From Deltaproteobacteria bacterium (lineage in GTDB: Bacteria > Myxococcota > SpSt-1050), in assembly GCA_026416535.1 (NCBI GenBank), contig JAOAFA010000050.1, positions 1,904 to 65,903 on the forward strand: 64,000 nt of DNA, read 5' to 3'. The notes under the pieces are model-generated. The model made no database searches, was not told where the DNA came from, and saw only the letters and a list, made by a program, of their open reading frames with translations. A program made the position numbers and the translations under genes. Shown here one piece after another: positions 9,907 through 17,921 of this stretch; within the stretch, counting starts at the first letter, position 1; each line of letters begins with the position of its first letter.

Positions 9907-10725
9907 TTAAGAATTTCTCAGATAATCTACTGCATTCTTAAACAACTTTAGTCCATCTCCTTCTTCAGGTAGTTTCTCTCTAAACCAACGAGGGTGATTT
10001 GTATAATGTAAAAATGCCTCCGGATGCGGCATTAACCCGAATATCCTACCATCTTTGCTACATATTCCGGCTATACCTAATATAGAACCATTGGGATTAT
10101 ACGGATATTCCATAGTATATTCATTCTCATTTCCCTTTACATACTGAAAAACTATTTGATTGTCTTCTACAAGCCTTTTTAAGGTAACATCACTATCAAC
10201 TACGAATCTCCCCTCACCATGTCTGACTGGGAGGTATATTTTGTCAATCCCTTTTGTAAAAATACAAGGGGAACTCTTATTGGCTTTCAAATTCACCCAT
10301 CTATCTTCAAAACGGCCAAGCTTATTAAATGTTAGAGTCACTTTCTGCTCTGTATAGTTCCCATCAAACCCGGGAAGAAGCCCGAGCTTTACAAGAAGTT
10401 GAAATCCATTACAAACACCCAATATCAATCCCCCTTTTTCAACAAAATCTACAATTCTATCTATCAGTCTTTCCTCACTTCCCTTTATTTTTGCAAACTT
10501 TATCCTAACAGCACCTGCACGAGCAGAACCCATGTTGTCCCCATCGAGAAATCCACCAGCAAAATTAAGAAAATTGTAATTAAAAAGATCAATGTCTCCA
10601 TCTAAAAGAGAAAATATATTTACTACGTCTACTCTATCAGAACCTGCCAATCTAAGAGCATGGGCCATCTCCATCTCGCAATTAATTCCGTTCCCGGCAA
10701 TAACTATTGAATTAACCTTTCCCAT
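9907..10725 (-). CDS. purQ: Phosphoribosylformylglycinamidine synthase, glutaminase subunit PurQ (long form)
   Basis: Class-I amidotransferase nucleophile GVCNGFQLL and the HPE triad region (GLMPHPEAF). Begins 7 nt after purL. Confidence 0.9.
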   Translation of the reverse strand: MGKVNSIVIAGNGINCEMEMAHALRLAGSDRVDVVNIFSLLDGDIDLFNYNFLNFAGGFLDGDNMGSARAGAVRIKFAKIKGSEERLIDRIVDFVEKGGLILGVCNGFQLLVKLGLLPGFDGNYTEQKVTLTFNKLGRFEDRWVNLKANKSSPCIFTKGIDKIYLPVRHGEGRFVVDSDVTLKRLVEDNQIVFQYVKGNENEYTMEYPYNPNGSILGIAGICSKDGRIFGLMPHPEAFLHYTNHPRWFREKLPEEGDGLKLFKNAVDYLRNS

Positions 10726-10732
10726 GGGTGAA

Positions 10733-13723
10733 TCAAAAATCCAAGGTTTTTAAAAACGATTCCTTCAATTTATTGATGTCTTCCTTGACCAATATACTAC
10801 CGTTATTTTTAATTAAGAAATTAGGCGAATTATTGACAAACCCGAGCATGGCAAATGGCACTCCTTTCATAAGATTCTCAAATTGATCTTTTTTTTCTGC
10901 TGCAATAGTAACGACAAATCTACCCGGGGTCTCAGAAAATAAGATAAAGTCTTCTCTCATGGGCACTGTAACAGGCACATCTTTGATCTCTACATCTGCT
11001 CCAAAACCGCCTGCAAAGGCAGACTCAGCAAGAGCTACAGCCAACCCCCCATCACTAATGTCATGACAAGACCTTATCAACCCCAATTCCATCAGGTTAT
11101 GCAGCCTATAATAAAGCTCTCTGTTAATCTCCTTATGAGGTAAAGGCACCTCTGTCTCAAACTCCTTATTCATAAGATAAAAATACTCTGAAAAAGCCAT
11201 CCTCATATCTGTTAGCCCTAAGATATATATTAAATCGCCCGCACCCTTAAAATCCATCGATACAGCCTTTCTCACATCATTAATTTTACCAATCACAGAA
11301 AATAAAAGTGTTGGTAAAACAGAAATTTTTATCTCATCCCATATGTAGTCATTTTTCATTGAATCTTTACCTGAGATTAAGGGAATTCCATAGTAAGTAC
11401 AAATATCATAAACGGCCTTGTTTGCTCTTACAAGCTGAGCAAGTTTATATCTGCCATCTGGATTCTTGGGAGATTCAATAGGGTCAGGCCAACAGAAGTT
11501 ATCAAGACCTGCCATATGATCTGGATCACCACCTACAGCAATGAAATTTCTAACAGCCTCATCAACTGCACACGCGGCCATTGAATATGTATCCTGATTG
11601 GAGTATCGTGGCACTATACCATGACTTACGACCACACCTTCAAAAGAGTCCAAATCAGGTCTTACAATCCCCGCATCAGATGGTCCAATATCCTCATGCC
11701 CAACCAACGGTTTTAAAACTGAACCCCCTTGCACTTCATGGTCATATTGCCTTACAAAATAATGTTTGCTGCATATATTTAAAGATGATAAAAGCTTATG
11801 CAAAACACTACCAAGATCCATGGGCTTATCAAATGAACACGGAACGATATTTTTTCTCTTCCACTGAGCCTTTAAGTGCATCTGTTTATTCCCATGATGT
11901 AAAAATTTTAAATCTAAGAAACCTACTCTCTTATCACCGTATTTAATATCGAAATAGCCAGTCTTAGTGAACTTACCAATTATTGTAGACTCAACCCTAA
12001 ATTTTCTGGAAAGAGATAAAAATTCATTGACGGTATTTTGAGGAACCACAACTGTCATCCTCTCCTGAGATTCCGAGATTAATATTTCAAAGGGATTAAG
12101 CCCTTGATATTTTAATGGAGCCTTCATCAGGTCAATCTCAGCCCCTCCACAAAGACCAGCAAGTTCTCCAACAGAGCTCGATAATCCGCCTGCCCCATTG
12201 TCCGTCAGTGTTCTAAATAGGCAAAGATCTCTTGCCACTAAGAGAAAATCTATCATTCTCTTTTGAGTAATAGGATCTCCTATCTGAACAGCAGTCGATG
12301 GTGAACCGCTATGCAACTCTTCTGAACTAAATGTCGCCCCATGAATTCCATCAGCACCAATGCGGCCACCTACCATCACAATGAGATCACCCTCTTTAAT
12401 TTCCTTTGACTCTCCTTTATCATTGCATACCACCCTTGGTAAAATTCCAGCAGTCCCACAAAATACTAAAGGTTTACCTAAAAAAGAGTCATCAAATACC
12501 ACCGAACCATTTATTGTGGGAATTCCACTTTTATTACCTCCATGCTCTACTCCTTCACGAACTCCTTCAAGAATTCTCAAAGGGTGGAGAATTCTTGGGG
12601 GAAGCGGTTTATCATAAAATGGAGACGCAAAGCAGAAGACATCCGTATTAAAAATAAGCTTTGCACCTTTGCCAGTGCCAAGAGGATCCCGATTAACACC
12701 TACTATACCTGTAAGTGCGCCTCCGTAAGGGTCTAGAGCCGATGGAGAATTATGAGTCTCAACCTTAAAAACTAAATTAAATCTTTCATTAAAGCGGATT
12801 ACGCCAGCATTGTCAGAAAATACTGATACACAAATATCTCTTTCGCCCTTTTCCTCTCTGACACTCTCCGTAGTCTTCTTTATAAAACTTTTAAAAAGGC
12901 TATCTATTTTCTCAGTCTGACCTGTAGAAAGATCTTCATATTCAATCAACGCATTGAAAATCTTATGCTTACAATGCTCGCTCCACGTTTGAGCTATACA
13001 TTCAAGCTCTACATCAGTGATATCTTCTGAAATATTAGCCTCCCTTCTTACTCTCCTAACTTCTACTTGATTAAAATAACCTCTAATAGTCTTCATCTCT
13101 TCGAGGGTAAGTGCTAATGTTCTACTCTTGGACAACTCCAACAACTCTTCATCGCTCATAGATGAGAGTTTAAAACTCTTTACCTCTATATCTCTCTTTA
13201 TTTGAACTTGAGGAAACCATGCGGATATACTTCCATTAGACTTCTCAATTTCATCACGAGACAAGATACGAAAACCTTGTATCAATTCGTTGGAAAGAAT
13301 ATCCCTTGCAACCCTTTCTACCTCTCCCCTCGTTATATTATCTGAATAAAATGCATAGCCTCTTGAGTAAAACACCTTAAATGAATTATCACTGTTAATA
13401 TTCAGTGCTATAGCTATTGATTCTTCCGCGGTCCTACCCACATCATCTGTCACCCCTGGCAAAAGACCTACCTCTAGATAGTAGTTTGCATCCCGAAATG
13501 CTATCTCATCAATACTATAATCATTTATTACCTTATCAAGGAATACCTCAGTCGCTACAAAATATAGGGAATTTTTATCAAGTTCTAATCCAATATTATA
13601 TATGTCAGAAGTAAAAACCCGATCAATATGTATATTCAAATCCCTTTTAATCCTCCTTTTCAACTTTTCCCCCAAAACATCTAACTCCATATTTTTCAGA
13701 AATATCTCTATCCTGTGAGGCAT
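10733..13723 (-). CDS. purL: Phosphoribosylformylglycinamidine synthase PurL with an N-terminal duplicated PurS-like region (PurS-PurL fusion)
   Basis: 996 aa. PurL core motifs TDVELECIAQTWSEHCKHKIF and VETHNSPSALDPYGGA. The first ~165 aa contain two PurS-like units (HRIEIFLKNMELDVLGEKLKRRIK... and YLEVGLLPGVTDDVGRTAEESIAIAL...). AAGGA SD. Confidence 0.9.
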   Translation of the reverse strand: MPHRIEIFLKNMELDVLGEKLKRRIKRDLNIHIDRVFTSDIYNIGLELDKNSLYFVATEVFLDKVINDYSIDEIAFRDANYYLEVGLLPGVTDDVGRTAEESIAIALNINSDNSFKVFYSRGYAFYSDNITRGEVERVARDILSNELIQGFRILSRDEIEKSNGSISAWFPQVQIKRDIEVKSFKLSSMSDEELLELSKSRTLALTLEEMKTIRGYFNQVEVRRVRREANISEDITDVELECIAQTWSEHCKHKIFNALIEYEDLSTGQTEKIDSLFKSFIKKTTESVREEKGERDICVSVFSDNAGVIRFNERFNLVFKVETHNSPSALDPYGGALTGIVGVNRDPLGTGKGAKLIFNTDVFCFASPFYDKPLPPRILHPLRILEGVREGVEHGGNKSGIPTINGSVVFDDSFLGKPLVFCGTAGILPRVVCNDKGESKEIKEGDLIVMVGGRIGADGIHGATFSSEELHSGSPSTAVQIGDPITQKRMIDFLLVARDLCLFRTLTDNGAGGLSSSVGELAGLCGGAEIDLMKAPLKYQGLNPFEILISESQERMTVVVPQNTVNEFLSLSRKFRVESTIIGKFTKTGYFDIKYGDKRVGFLDLKFLHHGNKQMHLKAQWKRKNIVPCSFDKPMDLGSVLHKLLSSLNICSKHYFVRQYDHEVQGGSVLKPLVGHEDIGPSDAGIVRPDLDSFEGVVVSHGIVPRYSNQDTYSMAACAVDEAVRNFIAVGGDPDHMAGLDNFCWPDPIESPKNPDGRYKLAQLVRANKAVYDICTYYGIPLISGKDSMKNDYIWDEIKISVLPTLLFSVIGKINDVRKAVSMDFKGAGDLIYILGLTDMRMAFSEYFYLMNKEFETEVPLPHKEINRELYYRLHNLMELGLIRSCHDISDGGLAVALAESAFAGGFGADVEIKDVPVTVPMREDFILFSETPGRFVVTIAAEKKDQFENLMKGVPFAMLGFVNNSPNFLIKNNGSILVKEDINKLKESFLKTLDF

Positions 13724-13726
13724 AAA

Positions 13727-15547
13727 TTATCCTTTTTTTAACAAACTCTTACACATCTTGTGCACTCTACCAAATATTTCTATCTCATTCACTAAGCCTG
13801 CCAGATCTTTTTCTTTTATCGCCTTCTCAATCTCCCTCTTCGACCTATCAATCTTTAGGGTCAGTTCTTTGAAAAACTCGTCCCCTTTTAATTTAACTTT
13901 TAGTTCCTCAAGCATAGAATCAACCTCTGAGATCATCTTTTTTACCTCATACCTTTGCTTCTCAAAATCTTCTCCCATCTTCATTTCTAGTAAATAATCA
14001 CGGTTTTCCTCTGCCATTCTTTGTATCTCATCCTCAGTCAACCCCGACGTAGCTGTAACAATTATTTCTTGCTTGAAACCAGTTTTTACATCCTTAGCTG
14101 AAACTAACACTATACCATCTGCATTTATCTCAAAAACAACCTCAATCTCTACCGAACCTCGGGGACCTTTTCTAAGACCGCTCAATATAAACTCCCCTAA
14201 AAGTTCATTCTCCTCACATCTCTTACCTTCTCCCTGAAGGACAATTATCTTTACCTGCTCCTGATTATCTTTAACAGTAGTAAAAATTCTGGATTTTTTT
14301 GCTGGAACAGGCGTGTTTTTCTCAATTAGAGGACTAAAATAACCACCAGCAACCATTATCCCAAGAGAATGAGAGGTTACATCAACAAGCTTTGCCTGAC
14401 TCTTTGTATTCTGAATCATATGACCTTTAATAGCTGCACCAATAGCTACTGCCTCATCAGGATGAATTCTCTTTGATGGATCCAAACCAAAATACTCTTT
14501 AACCATCCTTGCAACCATAGGCATTCTACTCTGTCCACCAACAAGTAACACATCCTTAATAGTAGACTTATCTATATTGGCCGTCCTAAAAGCCAAATCA
14601 CAAATAGAGAATGTCTTTTCTATAATTGATTTACTTATCTCTTCTAAAAAATCCCTCGTAAGAGTAACTCGAAGGTGGATAGGGTTATTTTTTGCATCAG
14701 TAGCTATAAATGGAATACTAATCTCTGTACTAGTTAGAATCGACAGGTCGCATTTTGCCTTTTCTGCTGCCTCCTTCAATCTCTGGATCGCTACTGCATC
14801 TTGCCTCAAATCAATACCATAATCTTGCATAAAACTACTAATACAATAATCCATTATTCTATTATCAATGTCTTCTCCCCCTAAAAATGAATCCCCAGCA
14901 GTGGATATAACTTTGAAGTTTTCACCAGCCACATCTACAATTGATATATCAAACGTGCCACCACCTATGTCATATACAGCTATCCTCCTATTGATATTCT
15001 TACCATAACCATAGGCCAGTGCTGCTGCTGTAGGCTCATTAATAATAGCCTCTACCTCAAGTCCAGCTATCGTCCCGGCATCTCTGGTTGCCTGCCTTTG
15101 AGCATCATTAAAATAGGCTGGAACCGTAATCACCGCTTTGGTTACAGTTTCATTCAAGTAGGACTCTGCAACCAACTTCATCTCCTGTAATATCATTGAG
15201 GATATTTCTGGTATTGAGTACACGCGACCCCTCAACTCTACTCTCACATCACCATTTGGTCCCTCTACAAGCTTATAGGGAACTACATTTGCGATCTTTT
15301 TGACAATATCTGAGTCATATCTTCTTCCAATCAATCTCTTTGCAGCATAAACTGTGTGCTCAGCATTCGTAATAGCTTGTCTTTTTGCAACATGCCCTAC
15401 TAACCTTTTATCATTGTCAGATATTGCCACAATAGATGGAGTAGTCTTATAACCCCCCTTATTAGGAATAACAACCGGTTGACCATCTTTATAGACCGCT
15501 ACACAAGAATTAGTCGTCCCTAAGTCTATTCCTATAATATAAGGCAT
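13727..15547 (-). CDS. Hsp70-family chaperone (DnaK paralogue, 606 aa)
   Basis: IIGIDLGTTNSCVAV, YDIGGGTFDISIV and LLVGGQSRMPMV, followed by a helical lid. GAGGG SD. Lies between hslU and purL with no adjacent grpE or dnaJ. Confidence 0.9.
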   Translation of the reverse strand: MPYIIGIDLGTTNSCVAVYKDGQPVVIPNKGGYKTTPSIVAISDNDKRLVGHVAKRQAITNAEHTVYAAKRLIGRRYDSDIVKKIANVVPYKLVEGPNGDVRVELRGRVYSIPEISSMILQEMKLVAESYLNETVTKAVITVPAYFNDAQRQATRDAGTIAGLEVEAIINEPTAAALAYGYGKNINRRIAVYDIGGGTFDISIVDVAGENFKVISTAGDSFLGGEDIDNRIMDYCISSFMQDYGIDLRQDAVAIQRLKEAAEKAKCDLSILTSTEISIPFIATDAKNNPIHLRVTLTRDFLEEISKSIIEKTFSICDLAFRTANIDKSTIKDVLLVGGQSRMPMVARMVKEYFGLDPSKRIHPDEAVAIGAAIKGHMIQNTKSQAKLVDVTSHSLGIMVAGGYFSPLIEKNTPVPAKKSRIFTTVKDNQEQVKIIVLQGEGKRCEENELLGEFILSGLRKGPRGSVEIEVVFEINADGIVLVSAKDVKTGFKQEIIVTATSGLTEDEIQRMAEENRDYLLEMKMGEDFEKQRYEVKKMISEVDSMLEELKVKLKGDEFFKELTLKIDRSKREIEKAIKEKDLAGLVNEIEIFGRVHKMCKSLLKKG

Positions 15548-15556
15548 ATAGCGCCC

Positions 15557-16942
15557 TCATAAAATATACTTTGATAAATCCTCCAAATTTACAAATCTGT
15601 CAAGCTTATTATCCACATAGTCCCTGTCAATTACTACCCTCTTTTCCAAAAGTTCGGGAGCATTATAATTTAGGTCCTCTAACAATTTCTCCATGACAGT
15701 ATAAAGTCTTCTTGCCCCGATATCCTCACTTCTCTGATTAACCGCGAATGCAAACTCACTTATTCTATCAAGAGCATCGTCAGTAAATTCAAGCTGAACA
15801 CCCTCTGCCTCAAGCAGGGCCTTATATTGCCTAATCAAGGAGTTCTTGGGCTCTTTGAGAATACGCAAAAATTCATTTTTACCTAGGGGATTCAACTCAA
15901 CCCTAATCGGGAATCTCCCCTGAAGCTCGGGTATTAAATCTGACGGTTTTGCAACATTAAAAGCACCTGCGGCTATGAATAAAATATGGTCGGTCTTTAC
16001 TGTTCCATACTTTGTTAAAACTGTAGACCCCTCCACTATTGGGAGCAAGTCTCTTTGAACACCCTCTCTGGAGACATCTGGACCATGTCCACTCTCTCTC
16101 CCAGCTATTTTATCAATTTCATCAATAAATATAATCCCCATATGCTCTGCCCAGAACAGGGCCTCTTTAGTAACCTTGTCCATATCTATCAATTTCTGAG
16201 CCTCCTCTTCAGTCAATATTCTTAGAGCCTCTTTTACTTTCAATTTTCTCTTTTTCCCTTTCTTAGGCATTAAACCAGAGAGTATATCTTGCATCTGAAG
16301 CATTACATCTTCCATATTTGACATTCCGAGCATCTGAATTGGGGGTGGTGCACTTACCTGAACGTCCAATTCTATAATCCTATCATCAAATTCACCACTT
16401 CTTAGTAATTCTCTATTTTTCTCCATCTCTGACTTATTTTCCTGTGTATTCGAAGATATACCAGAAAACGGTATCGAGGTATTCATATTACGATTGTGAG
16501 GAAATAGAGCCTCAAGCACCTTATCTTCTGCCAACTTGTAAGCCTTTTCTCGTTCAATAGATATAGCCCTTTCTTTTGTCTCTTTTACAGCAACCTCTAC
16601 TAAATCTCTTACCATAGAGTCAACATCCCTACCCACATACCCAACTTCAGTAAATTTACTTGCCTCAACCTTAACAAAAGGCGCCTGAGCAATCTTTGCA
16701 AGCCTTCTTGCTATCTCGGTCTTACCCACTCCTGTTGGGCCTATCATAATTATATTTTTTGGATAAATCTCATTCTTTATATCATCTGGAACCTGTTGTC
16801 TTCGCCACCTATTCCTTATTGCTACAGCTACCGCCTTCTTCGCCTCTTCTTGACCAATAATATACTTATCCAATTCTGAGACAATTTCCCTCGGTGTAAA
16901 ACTCATAATCTTAAATATCCGCTCATCAGTTAAACTTGACAT
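15557..16942 (-). CDS. hslU: ATP-dependent protease ATPase subunit HslU
   Basis: Walker [17 protein letters not shown], Walker [13 protein letters not shown], and an inserted I-domain. GGAGG SD. Starts 1 nt after the hslV stop. Confidence 0.95.
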   Translation of the reverse strand: MSSLTDERIFKIMSFTPREIVSELDKYIIGQEEAKKAVAVAIRNRWRRQQVPDDIKNEIYPKNIIMIGPTGVGKTEIARRLAKIAQAPFVKVEASKFTEVGYVGRDVDSMVRDLVEVAVKETKERAISIEREKAYKLAEDKVLEALFPHNRNMNTSIPFSGISSNTQENKSEMEKNRELLRSGEFDDRIIELDVQVSAPPPIQMLGMSNMEDVMLQMQDILSGLMPKKGKKRKLKVKEALRILTEEEAQKLIDMDKVTKEALFWAEHMGIIFIDEIDKIAGRESGHGPDVSREGVQRDLLPIVEGSTVLTKYGTVKTDHILFIAAGAFNVAKPSDLIPELQGRFPIRVELNPLGKNEFLRILKEPKNSLIRQYKALLEAEGVQLEFTDDALDRISEFAFAVNQRSEDIGARRLYTVMEKLLEDLNYNAPELLEKRVVIDRDYVDNKLDRFVNLEDLSKYIL

Positions 16943-16943
16943 A

Positions 16944-17474
16944 TTACAAGACCTCCATTACTCTATTTTTATTCGTATAAACACAAATATCTGCTGCAAT
17001 ATCCATTGCTTTGTTTGCAATCTCCTCCACCTCTAAATCACTATATTCAATAAGGGCCCTTGCCGCGGCATAGGCATATGGACCACCGGATCCAATTGCA
17101 AGGACCGGAAAGTCAGGCTCTATAACATCTCCCAAACCAGAAATTAATAGTATCTTTTCCTTATTTGCAACAAGCAACATTGCCTCGAGTCTTCTAAGGA
17201 TTCTATCTGTCCTCCAGTCGCGAGCCAACTCAACAGCACTCCTTACAATATCTCCCTTGAATTCTTTTAACTTTGCCTCAAACTTATCAAACAGGGTCAT
17301 AGCATCAGCCGTTGAACCGGCAAAACCCGCGAGTACAGATCCATTATAAAGCCTTCTTACCTTTTTGGCAGAATGCTTCAATACTGTCTGTCCCATAGAC
17401 ACCTGTCCATCACCTATCATCACCACCTTTTCACCTTTTTTAATACACAACACGGTAGTCCCTATAATCTCCAT
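16944..17474 (-). CDS. hslV: ATP-dependent protease peptidase subunit HslV
   Basis: [22 protein letters not shown] is the typical HslV N-terminus. The track start 17480 is a GTG. ATG 17474 (MEIIGTTV...) follows the SD GAGAGGTG. The catalytic Thr would be exposed only after removal of a 5-residue leader. Confidence 0.9.
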   Translation of the reverse strand: MEIIGTTVLCIKKGEKVVMIGDGQVSMGQTVLKHSAKKVRRLYNGSVLAGFAGSTADAMTLFDKFEAKLKEFKGDIVRSAVELARDWRTDRILRRLEAMLLVANKEKILLISGLGDVIEPDFPVLAIGSGGPYAYAAARALIEYSDLEVEEIANKAMDIAADICVYTNKNRVMEVL

Positions 17475-17500
17475 TATCACCTCTCAAAAACCAGGTAAAA

Positions 17501-17538
17501 CTAACAAGAGTATTCAAAAATATAATACTTCTTGTTAG
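17501..17538 (-). promoter_or_regulatory. Imperfect 14-bp inverted repeat with 9-nt spacer in the hslV leader
   Basis: The + strand reads CTAACAAGAGTATT-caaaaatat-AATACTTCTTGTTAG (one bulged T). It lies between the candidate promoter and the SD, so it is either an operator or a leader RNA hairpin. It does not match CIRCE. Confidence 0.3.
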
Positions 17539-17582
17539 ATTTGTCTAATAAAAACATAATTTTTACAGATTAAAACGACTCC

Positions 17583-17611
17583 ATTATACATTAGGAGCGT
17601 TCCCCCTTCAA
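17583..17611 (-). promoter_or_regulatory. Candidate sigma70-type promoter for hslV-hslU-hsp70-purL-purQ (TTGAAG-17-TATAAT)
   Basis: The minus strand reads TTGAAGggggaacgctcctaatgTATAAT: -35 at 17611-17606, an exact 17-nt spacer, and a perfect -10 at 17588-17583. About 100 nt upstream of hslV. Confidence 0.4.
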
Positions 17612-17921
17612 AAACTTTCTTATCTCCCACAATAGGGAAGCAATTACGCATTTCCATGATTTGCTTAACTCCCTGCTTTTCTATCCTAAAATCAACCAAA
17701 AATTAGGCACTTCTTTAAGATGCATAATTTTAATAGACAACGGTTACCAATTACATAGCGAACTTCAGCTTCACCCTATAAAAGAGAATGCTCGATAAAG
17801 CTACCCAAAAGGGCTAATACAAAATAAAGAGGATTATGGACAGAGACTTATATAATACATTGATTTTACTCTCAGGAACCAGATCTTTTACAATACCAAA
17901 ATCCACGATCTACAGCCAATT

